Assembly (NCBI GenBank): GCA_964641415.1
Contig: CAZXMW010000006.1
Span: forward strand, 69,247 to 133,246
Direction: 5' to 3'
Source of the DNA: an uncultured Thermoanaerobaculia bacterium
GTDB taxonomy: Bacteria > Acidobacteriota > Thermoanaerobaculia > Thermoanaerobaculales > Sulfomarinibacteraceae
Length of the DNA: 64,000 nt
Shown here: piece after piece, positions 40,154-53,204 of the stretch
Position numbering within the stretch: position 1 is the stretch's first letter
Layout of the letters: every line of letters begins with the position of its first letter
Program-made: the position numbers and the translations under genes
The notes under the pieces: model-generated
Seen by the model: only the letters and a program-made list of their open reading frames with translations
What the model was told of the DNA's origin: nothing
The model's database searches: none

Positions 40154-40629
40154 CAAGCAAAGCTGGCGCGAGTGGCGAGGAGGCCAGCATGCTCGAATCG
40201 AAATCGGACATCTCCGAAGTTCTGATGCAGCGTTCCTCCCGAGTGAGCCTCGCACGCCGGCAGTCCGCGACCGACTCCCCCCGACCGACCACGACACGAA
40301 GCCGGAGATTCGACCGGTGCGGTATTCGCCCGGCTCATCGCGGCGCGAGGGGCGGCTTTCCCACCGCCATCAAGCGATGCACGGCGGGTCGACGTGGATC
40401 GACCGATGCACGAGCCGGGACGGACGGGACCTCTGACCGAGGACCCAGAGCATTCGAGCGGCCGATCGATATCCGACTCTCTCGCGGGACGTCGCCGGAC
40501 ACCCACCGGTACCGATCACCGTCTTCACGACCACCAGCGGCGCGCCGATCCTCGACGAAGATCTTGCGTCGCTGTGTGTTTCGAAACAGTCACGGTTTGA
40601 CAATGGTCGGATTTTGAAGGAGGAGTTGC

Positions 40630-43395
<2,766 letters not shown>

Positions 43396-43408
43396 GCGCT
43401 CGATCATC

Positions 43409-43440
43409 GCCGGCGCCGCTCATCCGCGAGCGGCGCCGGC
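43409..43440 (+). terminator. 13-bp GC stem-loop after the TBDR
   Basis: GCCGGCGCCGCTC-ATCCGC-GAGCGGCGCCGGC; no U tract, likely an attenuating or stabilizing hairpin. Confidence 0.5.
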
Positions 43441-43503
43441 TGGTATCGTCTGACGCAGGTTGGCCGCGATGATGTGTTCGCGTGGCCATCAGAGGGAGTT
43501 CCC

Positions 43504-45795
43504 ATGCGCAGTCTCTCGGTCCTGATCGTCGCCCTTTCGCTCATCGGCGCTCCGGCAGACATCGGGGCGGCCGATCAGCTCTCCCTCGACGCCCGCATCG
43601 ACGCCCTTCTCGAACGGATGACGCTCGAGGAGAAGGTCGGCCAGCTCAACCAGTTCAGCCACACCTTCGACGTCACCGGGCCGGCGCCCACCGACGACGG
43701 GGGCAACCGGCGCTACCGGATGATCCGCAGCGGACAGGTCGGGGCGATGCTCAACGTCACCGGCGTCGAGGCGACCTGTACGGCGCAGCGGCTCGCGGTC
43801 GAGCACTCGAGGCTCGGGATTCCGATACTGTTCGGCTTCGACGTCGTCCACGGCTATCAGACGATGTTCCCGATCCCCCTGGCCGAGGCTGCGAGCTGGG
43901 ACCTGGAGGCCATCGAACGGTCGGCTCGGATTGCCGCCACCGAGGCAGCCGCGGCGGGTCTGCATTGGACCTTCGCGCCGATGGTCGACATCGCGCGCGA
44001 CTCCCGTTGGGGCCGGGTGATGGAGGGCGCCGGGGAGGACCCGTTCCTGGGCGCCGCCGTGGCGGCGGCGCGGGTGCGCGGTTTCCAGGGTGACGACCTG
44101 CTCGCCTCCGACACCATCGCCGCCTGCGCCAAGCATCTCGCGGGCTACGGCTTCGTCGAGGCCGGCCGCGAATACAACACAGTCGAGCTTACCGAGCACA
44201 CCATGCGCAACGTGGTCCTGCCGCCCTTCAAGGCCGCGGTGGACGCCGGGGTGGCCACGGTGATGAACTCGTTCAGCGAGATCGGCGGCATCCCGGCCAC
44301 CGCCAGCGTGCACCTGCAGCGCGAGATTCTCAAGGGCGAGTGGGGCTTCGAGGGTTTCGTGGTCTCCGACTGGGACTCGATCGGCGAGATGACCTTCCAC
44401 GGTGTCGCCGCCGACGAGCGGCAGGCGTCCGCGCTGGCCATCACCGCCGGCAGCGACATGGACATGGAGTCGTCGGCCTACATCGAGCACCTGGCCGCGC
44501 TGGTCACCGACGGCGTGGTCGACGAGTCGCTGGTCGACGATGCGGTGCGCCGCGTGCTCGAGCTCAAGCTCCGGCTCGGCCTGTTCGACAACCCGTACCG
44601 CACCTGCGATGCGAAGCGCGAGAAGGCGACCCTTCTCAGCCCGTCCCATCTGGCGGCGGCCCGCGAGGTGGCGCGGAAGTCCATCGTGCTGCTGAAGAAC
44701 GACGAGGCACTGCTGCCGTTGTCGAAGGCGGGCGGTTCCATCGCGGTCATCGGCAGCCTCGCGGCCGACACCGACAGCCCCCTCGGCAGCTGGCGTGGCC
44801 GGGCCGTTCCCGGTTCCGCCGTGTCGCTGCTCGACGGCATCCGCGCAGCGGTGGCCGAGGATGTGAGGATCACCTATGCCGAAGGCGCGCCCCTCGTCGT
44901 CGGCGAGCGGAGCTTCGTGAAGGAGCTCGAGCTCAACCACGACGACCGCTCGGGTTTCCCCGAGGCGGTCGCCGCGGCACGGGATGCCGACGTCGTGGTC
45001 ATCGCCGTCGGGGAGGAGGCGTTCCAGTCCGGCGAGGCTCGGTCAGTGGTCGACCTGCGGCTCAAGGGGGTCCAGGAGGACCTCGTGAAGGCGGTTCACG
45101 ACGCGAACGAGAACGTGGTCGTGGTCGTGATGAGCGGCCGTCCCCTGGTGCTCACCTGGATGGCCGACCACGTCCCCGCCATCCTTCAGTGCTGGCACCT
45201 CGGCTCCGAGGCGGGTCATGCGATCGCCGACGTGCTGTTCGGCGACTTCAATCCCTCGGGGAAGCTGCCGATCTCCTTCCCGAGGCACGTCGGGCAGAAG
45301 CCCCTGTACTACAACCACAAGAACACCGGGCGTCCCGAGACCGAGGGTGACGTCTTCTGGTCTCACTACAGCGACTCCCCGAACGAGCCCCTGTACCTGT
45401 TCGGCTTCGGGCTCAGCTACACGACCTTCGAGATCTCCCCGCCCGAGCTGGGCAGCGCGACGATGGCCATGGACGACGAGCTGACGGTGACGACGACGGT
45501 GAAGAACACCGGCGAACGGGCCGGCACCGAGATCGTGCAGCTGTACGTCCGGGACCTCGTCGGCAGCGTCACCCGTCCCGTCAAGGAGCTCAAGGGCTTC
45601 AAACGGGTCGAGCTCGAGCCGGGCGCGGCCGAAACGGTCGTCTTCACCCTGACTGCCGACGACCTGGCCTTCTACAGCAGACGGGAACGGTGGGAGGCGG
45701 AGCCCGGTGACTTCGTCATCTTCGTCGGTTCAAGCTCGGCCAACCTGAGCACGGCACGGCTGCAGCTCACCGGAAGTTCGGAAGAATCGCGATGA
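43504..45795 (+). CDS. bglX: GH3 periplasmic beta-glucosidase
   Basis: MTLEEKVGQL, DVVHG, WGRVMEG.GEDP, CAKH, VVSDW, SGEA, Fn3-like tail; signal peptide. Confidence 0.93.
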   Translation: MRSLSVLIVALSLIGAPADIGAADQLSLDARIDALLERMTLEEKVGQLNQFSHTFDVTGPAPTDDGGNRRYRMIRSGQVGAMLNVTGVEATCTAQRLAVEHSRLGIPILFGFDVVHGYQTMFPIPLAEAASWDLEAIERSARIAATEAAAAGLHWTFAPMVDIARDSRWGRVMEGAGEDPFLGAAVAAARVRGFQGDDLLASDTIAACAKHLAGYGFVEAGREYNTVELTEHTMRNVVLPPFKAAVDAGVATVMNSFSEIGGIPATASVHLQREILKGEWGFEGFVVSDWDSIGEMTFHGVAADERQASALAITAGSDMDMESSAYIEHLAALVTDGVVDESLVDDAVRRVLELKLRLGLFDNPYRTCDAKREKATLLSPSHLAAAREVARKSIVLLKNDEALLPLSKAGGSIAVIGSLAADTDSPLGSWRGRAVPGSAVSLLDGIRAAVAEDVRITYAEGAPLVVGERSFVKELELNHDDRSGFPEAVAAARDADVVVIAVGEEAFQSGEARSVVDLRLKGVQEDLVKAVHDANENVVVVVMSGRPLVLTWMADHVPAILQCWHLGSEAGHAIADVLFGDFNPSGKLPISFPRHVGQKPLYYNHKNTGRPETEGDVFWSHYSDSPNEPLYLFGFGLSYTTFEISPPELGSATMAMDDELTVTTTVKNTGERAGTEIVQLYVRDLVGSVTRPVKELKGFKRVELEPGAAETVVFTLTADDLAFYSRRERWEAEPGDFVIFVGSSSANLSTARLQLTGSSEESR

Positions 45796-46700
45796 CAGCC
45801 GCGGCGATCATCCGGAGCCGTGCCCGCAGCAGCGCCGGAGAGGCCACACGCCGCCGCCGGCGTTGGTGGATAACCCTCGTTCTTCTCGCCTGGTCGCTGC
45901 CCGCCGCCGCCGACACGCTGGTCTGGTCGGACGAGTTCGACGGAGCACGACTCGACACCACCGTGTGGCAACGACAGGTCGGGGACGGCACCGGGTACGG
46001 TCTGCCGTCGGGGTGGGGCAACGAGGAGCTCCAGCACTACACCGACAGCGACCGCTCGAGCTTCGTCGCCGACGGCGTCCTGCACATCGTCGCCCGGCGC
46101 AGCGAAGCCGGCGCCTTCACTTCTGCGCGCCTGAGGACCATGCATCGGCGGGACGTTCTGTACGGCCGGATCGAGGCCCGCATCGAGATTCCGGCCGCCG
46201 ACGGAATGTGGTCCGCCTTCTGGATGATGCCCGCCGATTCGCCCTACGGCGGGTGGGCCGCGTGCGGCGAGATCGACATCATGGAGATCGTCGGCCACGC
46301 CGACGCCGTTCACGGCACCCTGCACTTCGGCGGTGAGTGGCCCGACAACACCTTCGCGGGCGGCCACCGCCCATTCGCGGACAAAGAGCTGTCGGAAGCG
46401 TTCCACGTCTACGGCGTGGAGTGGACCCCGGACGAGATCCGCTGGTACGTGGACGGTGAGATGTTCCATGCCATCTCGAGCGACGCCTGGACCTCCACCG
46501 CCGATCCCGACAACCCCCGGGCGCCCTTCGACCAGCCCTTCCACCTGGTCCTCAACCTGGCCGTCGGCGGACACTGGCCCGGGCCGCCGGACGAGGACAC
46601 CCCCTTCCCCCAGACCATGCGCGTGGACTGGGTGCGGATCTGGAAGATGGGCCCCGAGCCGGCGCCGAACGTGCCACCTCGCTCGAGCCAACCGGATTGA
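45792..46700 (+). CDS. GH16 endo-1,3-beta-glucanase (laminarinase type)
   Basis: WSDEFDG, GWGNEELQ.Y, FTSARL, GEIDIME, FHVYGVEW, PFDQPFHLVLNLAVGG. Confidence 0.93.
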   Translation: MTAAAIIRSRARSSAGEATRRRRRWWITLVLLAWSLPAAADTLVWSDEFDGARLDTTVWQRQVGDGTGYGLPSGWGNEELQHYTDSDRSSFVADGVLHIVARRSEAGAFTSARLRTMHRRDVLYGRIEARIEIPAADGMWSAFWMMPADSPYGGWAACGEIDIMEIVGHADAVHGTLHFGGEWPDNTFAGGHRPFADKELSEAFHVYGVEWTPDEIRWYVDGEMFHAISSDAWTSTADPDNPRAPFDQPFHLVLNLAVGGHWPGPPDEDTPFPQTMRVDWVRIWKMGPEPAPNVPPRSSQPD

Positions 46701-46704
46701 CGCC

Positions 46705-48096
46705 GTGACCTCATCCTCTCCCAGCCTCGCGATCAGAGAGAAGCTCGGCTACGGGCTCGGCGACACGGCGTCGCACTTCGTCTGGGACATGGTCGGTTTC
46801 TGGATCCTGATCTTCTACACCGACACCTTCGGCATTTCGGCCGCCGCCGCCGGCACCATCATGCTCGTCGCCCGGGTCTGGGACATGGTCAGCGACCCCC
46901 TCATGGGGGTCATCGCCGACCGGACGAGCACTCGCTGGGGCAAGTTCCGACCGTACCTTTTGTGGGTCGCGCCGGCGTACGCGGTGCTCGCCGTGCTCGC
47001 GTTCTCGACGCCCGACCTCGGACCGAGCGGAAAGGTGGCGTACGCGGCCGTCACCTACCTGCTGTTGATGACCGCCTACACCGCCATCAACCTGCCCTAC
47101 TCCTCGCTCGGCGCCGTGATGACGTCGGATGGAATCGAGCGAACCAGCCTCAACACCTACCGCTTCATCTGTGCCTTCGCCGGCCAGCTTCTGGTCAGCG
47201 GCCTCGCGTTGACCATGGCCAGGCGGCTCGGAGGCGGTGACGACGCCAGGGGCTACCAGCTGACCTTGGTGGTCTTCGGCCTGATCAGCCTGCTGCTCTT
47301 CCTGACCACCTTCGCGACCACCAGGGAGAGGATCCAGCCTCCGCCCGGGCAGCGTTCCTCGCTCAGGAAGGATTTCAGGGCGCTTTTCGCCAACACCCCC
47401 TGGATCATTCTGTCGCTGGTCGGCCTAATCTCGTTCGTCATGTTCGCCCTGCAGAACGCCTCGATCGCGTATTACTTCAAGTACTTCGTCGGCAACCAGG
47501 AGAACGTGCAGCTGTTCAACGTGGTCGGCAGCGTCGCCCTGATCGCCGCCCTCCCCGCGTCCAAGCCGCTGGCGAAGCGGTTCGGCAAGCGCAACGTGTT
47601 CATCGGCAGCTCGCTGCTGTCGGGGCTGTTCTTCTGTCTCCTGATCGTGCCCGGCGCGGACGACGTCGGCATGTTCTACCTCTTCAACATCCTCGCCAAG
47701 ATGAGCTACGCCCCCGCGGTGCCGCTGCTGTGGACCATGCTCGCCGACACCGCCGACTTCTCGGAGTGGACCACGGGCCGGCGGGCGACGGGTCTGTTCT
47801 TCTCGGCCTCCACCTTCGCCCAGAAGGGCGGTTGGGGCATCGGCGGCGCCCTGGCCGGTTGGCTGCTGGCCTCGTTCGGCTATGCTGAGCAGAGCGCCGT
47901 GCAGAGCGCCGAGGCGATCACCGGGATCCGCCTGATGGTGTCGGTGTTCCCCGGCCTGCTGTACATGTCGTGCGCGGCGTTTCTCGCGTTCTACCGGCTC
48001 GACGCCCCGACCTGCGACAGGATGCAGCAGGAGCTGGAGGCCCGCCGCGACTCCGAACCAACGCAGAAAGGAAACGGCGACCATGACCCCGCGTAA
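46705..48096 (+). CDS. GPH/MFS sugar:cation symporter
   Basis: EKLGYGLGD, DPLMGVIADRT.TRWGKFRPY, ADTADFSEW.TGRR; GTG start. Confidence 0.92.
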   Translation: MTSSSPSLAIREKLGYGLGDTASHFVWDMVGFWILIFYTDTFGISAAAAGTIMLVARVWDMVSDPLMGVIADRTSTRWGKFRPYLLWVAPAYAVLAVLAFSTPDLGPSGKVAYAAVTYLLLMTAYTAINLPYSSLGAVMTSDGIERTSLNTYRFICAFAGQLLVSGLALTMARRLGGGDDARGYQLTLVVFGLISLLLFLTTFATTRERIQPPPGQRSSLRKDFRALFANTPWIILSLVGLISFVMFALQNASIAYYFKYFVGNQENVQLFNVVGSVALIAALPASKPLAKRFGKRNVFIGSSLLSGLFFCLLIVPGADDVGMFYLFNILAKMSYAPAVPLLWTMLADTADFSEWTTGRRATGLFFSASTFAQKGGWGIGGALAGWLLASFGYAEQSAVQSAEAITGIRLMVSVFPGLLYMSCAAFLAFYRLDAPTCDRMQQELEARRDSEPTQKGNGDHDPA

Positions 48097-49594
48097 CCGG
48101 GCCGTGCGGACGCACCGTCGCCAGCAGACGGCGGCGGCTCTGGTCGCGTGTCTGTGCCTGGTGGCCTGCGCGTCGGCGCCGCCCCGTCCCGAGATCGAGC
48201 TGACCGGACCCGAGTGGCAGGGAAACGCCATCTCCTACTCGGGGTATCGCCAGGGTCAGAGCCCGCGCGACGGGATCTACCCGAGCCGGTCCGAGATTCT
48301 GGAGGATCTCCGGATCCTGGAACAGCGCTGGTCGCTGATCCGGACCTATGCCGCCGACCAACACAGCCGCGACGTGCTCGAAGTGATCCGCCGCGAACAG
48401 ATCCAGCTCAAGGTGATGCTCGGCGCCTACTTCGCCGAGGAGCCCGGCGGCGAGGCGGAGAACCTTCGCCAGATCGAGGACTGTATCGACCTGGCGAACG
48501 CCTACCCGGACGTGGTCGTCGCCGTCAACGTCGGCAACGAGGCCCTCATCGACTGGTCGTTCTCGCCGGTCCCGGAGGAGCGCGTGCGGGAGTACGTGCG
48601 CCGGGTCCGGGAGGGTGTGTCGGTTCCGGTGACCGTGGCGGACAACTACGTCTACTGGCGCGACCACGGCGGTGAGATGGCCGAGCTGGTCGACTTCGTC
48701 ACCGTCCACACCTACCCGATCTGGGAGAAGAAGGACATCGACGAGGGCCTGAGCTACACCGTCCGGAACGTGGACGAGGTCCGGCGCGCACTTCCCGGGA
48801 AGACCATCGTCATCGGCGAGGCCGGTTGGGCCACGTACACGGTGGGCAATCAGCACGTCGCGCGGGCGGGAGACGAAGAGAAACAGCGCCGCTACCTCGA
48901 GGAGCTGACGGCCTGGGGTCGGCAGGAGGGCATCCCCGTCTTCTGGTTCGAGGCGTTCGACGAGCCCTGGAAGGGCGACGGCACGGAAGGTCACTGGGGG
49001 TTGTTCGACGTCCACCGGAGGCCCAAGCTCGCCATGCACGAGTGGTACCCGGAGCTGGTCACCGACGAGTTGACGAGCCCCGCCTACTCGGCGGCGGACC
49101 TGCCCGCCGGCCCGCCCATGCGGATCGCGTTCAACGAGGAGTTCGCCGCATCGGTCGGAGACGGCGGCGTCAACGTGGCGGCGGGTCGGGACGACGTGGT
49201 CACGGCCTCGGTGAGCGACGACGCGGTGTCCGGCGACACGTCGCTCAAGATGAGCCATAACGGCGCCGACTGGGGTGGGGTTTTCCTGTTCCTCGACGCG
49301 CCCCTCGACGCCTCGTCCTCCGACCGGCTGATGGTCAGCCTGAAGCTGCCGCCCGCCGTCGTCGACCTGGAGATCAAGCTGGAAAGCCTCGGGGGTCGAG
49401 GGGAGGGGCTCAGCCTTTGTCGCTTCGCCGCGGAAACGCTGTCGAACGGCTGGATCGACGTCTCGATTCCTCTGTCGAAGTTCAACAAACCGAACCTGAG
49501 CGAGGTGGTCATCATCGGCTTCTGGCATCCGAAGAACGCGTGGGGGGAGTATGTCGCCGGCGATGTCCTCATCGACAACATCCGTTTCGAGTGA
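48083..49594 (+). CDS. GH17 beta-1,3-glucanase/glucanosyltransferase lipoprotein with C-terminal CBM-like domain
   Basis: Lipobox LVAC; AISYSGYR.GQSP, NVGNEA, IGEAGW, FEAFDEPWK, HWGLF. Confidence 0.88.
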   Translation: MTPRNRAVRTHRRQQTAAALVACLCLVACASAPPRPEIELTGPEWQGNAISYSGYRQGQSPRDGIYPSRSEILEDLRILEQRWSLIRTYAADQHSRDVLEVIRREQIQLKVMLGAYFAEEPGGEAENLRQIEDCIDLANAYPDVVVAVNVGNEALIDWSFSPVPEERVREYVRRVREGVSVPVTVADNYVYWRDHGGEMAELVDFVTVHTYPIWEKKDIDEGLSYTVRNVDEVRRALPGKTIVIGEAGWATYTVGNQHVARAGDEEKQRRYLEELTAWGRQEGIPVFWFEAFDEPWKGDGTEGHWGLFDVHRRPKLAMHEWYPELVTDELTSPAYSAADLPAGPPMRIAFNEEFAASVGDGGVNVAAGRDDVVTASVSDDAVSGDTSLKMSHNGADWGGVFLFLDAPLDASSSDRLMVSLKLPPAVVDLEIKLESLGGRGEGLSLCRFAAETLSNGWIDVSIPLSKFNKPNLSEVVIIGFWHPKNAWGEYVAGDVLIDNIRFE

Positions 49595-49727
49595 GTTGGG
49601 GGCCGATTGTGCGCGATCCCGTTTTCTCCGTGACAGCTGATCCAATCTCGAGGTCGGGAGCGCTGTCTGCGCCACCGCTGGAGGCTCGGGTCGGCACCTC
49701 GCACGATCGGGTCGCGGCGGCCCGAAA

Positions 49728-52700
49728 ATGGTTGCGCTCGTGAGCGTTCGGCCGATGTTCCACGGGGCCGCGCCGGTCAGATCCTCGTCGGGGCCCGTTC
49801 GCGGCGACTTCGTTTCGCTCGGCTCGCAGCGCTTCTATCGGATCGCCAATTACGATCGGATGGAGCCGTTTTTCATCAGCGTCGTCTCCTCCTCCGACCA
49901 CTGGATGTTCCTCTCGAGTCATGGCGGACTGACGGCGGGCCGGCAGAACTCGGATCACGCGTTGTTCCCGTACACCACCGAGGACAGGATCCACGACGGC
50001 AGCGACCACACCGGCACCCGAACGATCCTGCGAGTCGCCAAGAACGGCAGACTGTCCGTGTGGGAGCCGTTCAGCCGTCGCTGCGGGTCGCTGTACGCCG
50101 TGTCCCGGACCCTCTCCAAGAGCGTGAGCGGCAACCAGGTGATGTTCGAGGAGGTCAACCACGACCTCGAGCTCGTCTTCCGCACCACCTGGATGTCGTC
50201 GGACAGGTTCGGGTTCGTCAAGCGATCCGAGCTCGAAAACACCGCCGGCGAGTCCGCGACGGTGGAGCTCCTGGACGGGATCGAGAACATCCTCCCGTGG
50301 GGCGTCGAGGAGGCGTTTCAGACCCAGTTCAGCTGTCTCGCGGACGCCTACAAGCAGAACGAGCTCGAGCCCGAGACCGGTCTCGCGACCTTCGCCCTGA
50401 GCTCGATTCCGGGCGACAGTGCCGAGCCCGCCGAGGCGCTGCGGGCGACGGTGAGCTGGTCCACCTGTTCTCCGACACACTCCCGGCTCGTGTCCTCCGT
50501 CCAGCTCGACAGCTTCAGGCTCGGCGACGAGGTTCGGCAGGAGCAGCGCGTGTGCGGCCGTCGGGGAGCGTACTTCGTGCACCGGCGAATCGACGTCGGC
50601 GCGGGAGGACAGCAGGACTGGTTGATCGTCGCCGACGTCGGATACGGAGCGTCGGAGATCGCCGCTCTCAAGCGCACGCTCAGCACCGTGAAGGACGTCA
50701 AGGGCGTCGTGCTCGACGACGTGAGCGACGGCACGCGGCGTCTGACGAACCTCGTCGCTTGCGCCGACGGACTGCAGCTGACCGGCGACACCCTCGCGTC
50801 GCACCACCACTTCTCGAACGTGCTGTTCAACGTGATGCGGGGCGGTCTCTTCGAGTCCGGTTACGCGATTCCGATGGACGACCTGAAGACCTTCATTCAA
50901 TCCTTCAACGTGAACACTTTCGAGCGCCACGAGGACCTCCTGGATGCCCCGGGAGACGAGTGCGAGCGGCATCGACTGCTCGAGCAGGTGCGGGCCGTGG
51001 ACGATCCGGAGCTGGTGCGGCTCGTCAGCGAGTACCTGCCGCTCTCGTTCAGCCGCCGGCACGGAGACCCCAGCCGTCCGTGGAATCGCTTTTCGGTCAA
51101 CGTGAAGCACCGCAACGGGACCCGGCTGCTCGACTACGAGGGCAACTGGCGTGACATTTTTCAGAACTGGGAGGCGCTCTGCCTGTCCTTCCCCGGCTAC
51201 CTGGACGGAGTGATCAGCAAGTTCGTCAACACGTCGACCGCCGACGGCCACAACCCGTACCGCATCGCGAAGTCCGGCTACGAATGGGAAGCTCCCAGTC
51301 CCGGCGAGTCGTGGGCCCATTTCGGCTACTGGGGTGATCACCAGCTCATCTACCTGCTCAAGTTCCTCGAGATGTCCCGATCGCATCGGCCGGGGCAGCT
51401 CGAACAGCTGCTTGCCGACCGGATCTTCGTCTACGCCGACGTCCCGTACGACATCAAGCCGTACCAGGAGCTGCTGGCCGACCCGCGGAACTCGATCGCC
51501 TACAACGTCGACCGGGAGGAGCGGATCGCGGCGAGAGTCGAGGCGATCGGTTTCGACGGCAGGTATCTCACCGACCCGACCGGCGTCATCTGTCGAGCGA
51601 ACCTGGCGGAGAAGTTGCTGGTGCCGCTGCTGGCCAAGACCTGCACCTTCGTGCCGGGCGCCGGGTTCTGGCTCAACACGCAGCGCCCGGAGTGGAACGA
51701 CGCGAACAACGCTCTCGCCGGCTACGGCGCGTCGGTGGTGACCCTGTGCTACGCGCGACGCTACGTCTCGTTCTGCCTCGAGCTGCTCGCCGGCCTCGAG
51801 GAGCAGGACCTCGAGCTGCACACGGAGGTCGCCCGCTGGCTCGAAGGGTTGTTCGGGGCCCTCGAGGACCATGGACACGTCCTGGAGGCCGACGAGATCG
51901 GTGATGCGGATCGAAAGTCGCTGCTCGACGACCTTGCCCGCGTCGGCGACGGTACCCGGTTTCGGATCTACACGTCGGGACTGCACGGCGGGACCGTGCG
52001 CAAGCCGGTTCGCGAGGTGGTGGCATTCCTCGAGCTCGCGCGCGGGTACTTCGACCAGACGATCCGGCTCAACAGGAGGGACGACGGCCTCTACCACTCG
52101 TACAACGTCCTCGGAATCGGTGCGTCGAAAATCTCCATCCGCCACCTGGGCCCGATGCTCGAGGGCCAGGTGGCAGTTCTCAGCTCGGGCACACTCGGTT
52201 CCCGGGAGGCACTGTCGGTGCTGGACGCCCTCCGACGCAGCGAGCTGTACCGGCGCGACCAGCACTCGTACCTGCTCTATCCGGACAGGAAGCTGCCGAG
52301 CTTTCTCGACAAGAACACGATTCCTCCATCCCAATCCGAGCGGTCTCATCTGTTCAGCACGCTGGTCGCCGACGGGAACACCGACCTGGTCGAGATGGAC
52401 GTCGACGGTCAGCTGCACTTCAACTCGCTGTTCAAAAACGTCCGCGACGTCGACGCGACTCTCGACGAGCTCGAACACCGCGGATATCGGCGCCTGGTCG
52501 ACGAGGAGCGAGGGCTGGTCCGTGAGATCTTCGAGTCGGTCTTCGATCACACGAGCTTCACCGGCCGTTCCGGGGCCTTCTACGGCTACGAGGGCCTCGG
52601 CTGCATCTACTGGCACATGGTCAGCAAGCTCCAGCTCGCGGTCCAGGAGTGCTGCCTGGCGGCCGCAGATGACGGGGACGATGCCTTCGAAGAGCTGGCG

Positions 52701-53204
52701 ATGCGCTACGACGACATTCGGGCGGGTCTCGGTTTCAACAAGACGCCGCAGGAGTACGGCGCCTTCCCGACGGACGCCTACTCGCACACCCCGGGTTTCG
52801 CCGGCGCGAGGCAGCCGGGGATGACCGGCCAGGTCAAGGAGCAGCTGATCACGCGGCTCGGCGAGCTCGGCCTGTTCGTTCGGGACGGCCGGATCGTCTT
52901 CGACCCCGTCCTTCTCCGCGGATCCGAGCTTCTGAGCTCGCCGGAGGTGTTCGAGTACACGAACCTCGATGGACAACGGCAGAGGATCGAGCTCGACTCC
53001 GGCACCCTCGTCTTCACCTACTGCCGGGTACCGATCGTCTACCGGCTCGCACAGTGCGACACGATCATCGTGCGCCACCTTGACGGCACGACGCGCGAGC
53101 TGGACGGCACGGTGCTCGATCGGAACACGAGCCACGAGATCTTCACGCGGTCAGGCAACGTCGTGCGCATCGACGTGCACCTCGGCCGCGCACTGAGATC
53201 ATGA
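49728..53204 (+). CDS. GH149 beta-1,3-glucan phosphorylase
   Basis: FSRRHGDPSRPWN, YEGNWRDIFQNWEAL, GYWGDHQLIYL, QRPEWNDANNAL, YEGLGCIYWHMVSKL, FPTDAYSHTP, QPGMTGQVKE; ~1150 aa, no signal peptide. Confidence 0.88.
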   Translation: MVALVSVRPMFHGAAPVRSSSGPVRGDFVSLGSQRFYRIANYDRMEPFFISVVSSSDHWMFLSSHGGLTAGRQNSDHALFPYTTEDRIHDGSDHTGTRTILRVAKNGRLSVWEPFSRRCGSLYAVSRTLSKSVSGNQVMFEEVNHDLELVFRTTWMSSDRFGFVKRSELENTAGESATVELLDGIENILPWGVEEAFQTQFSCLADAYKQNELEPETGLATFALSSIPGDSAEPAEALRATVSWSTCSPTHSRLVSSVQLDSFRLGDEVRQEQRVCGRRGAYFVHRRIDVGAGGQQDWLIVADVGYGASEIAALKRTLSTVKDVKGVVLDDVSDGTRRLTNLVACADGLQLTGDTLASHHHFSNVLFNVMRGGLFESGYAIPMDDLKTFIQSFNVNTFERHEDLLDAPGDECERHRLLEQVRAVDDPELVRLVSEYLPLSFSRRHGDPSRPWNRFSVNVKHRNGTRLLDYEGNWRDIFQNWEALCLSFPGYLDGVISKFVNTSTADGHNPYRIAKSGYEWEAPSPGESWAHFGYWGDHQLIYLLKFLEMSRSHRPGQLEQLLADRIFVYADVPYDIKPYQELLADPRNSIAYNVDREERIAARVEAIGFDGRYLTDPTGVICRANLAEKLLVPLLAKTCTFVPGAGFWLNTQRPEWNDANNALAGYGASVVTLCYARRYVSFCLELLAGLEEQDLELHTEVARWLEGLFGALEDHGHVLEADEIGDADRKSLLDDLARVGDGTRFRIYTSGLHGGTVRKPVREVVAFLELARGYFDQTIRLNRRDDGLYHSYNVLGIGASKISIRHLGPMLEGQVAVLSSGTLGSREALSVLDALRRSELYRRDQHSYLLYPDRKLPSFLDKNTIPPSQSERSHLFSTLVADGNTDLVEMDVDGQLHFNSLFKNVRDVDATLDELEHRGYRRLVDEERGLVREIFESVFDHTSFTGRSGAFYGYEGLGCIYWHMVSKLQLAVQECCLAAADDGDDAFEELAMRYDDIRAGLGFNKTPQEYGAFPTDAYSHTPGFAGARQPGMTGQVKEQLITRLGELGLFVRDGRIVFDPVLLRGSELLSSPEVFEYTNLDGQRQRIELDSGTLVFTYCRVPIVYRLAQCDTIIVRHLDGTTRELDGTVLDRNTSHEIFTRSGNVVRIDVHLGRALRS

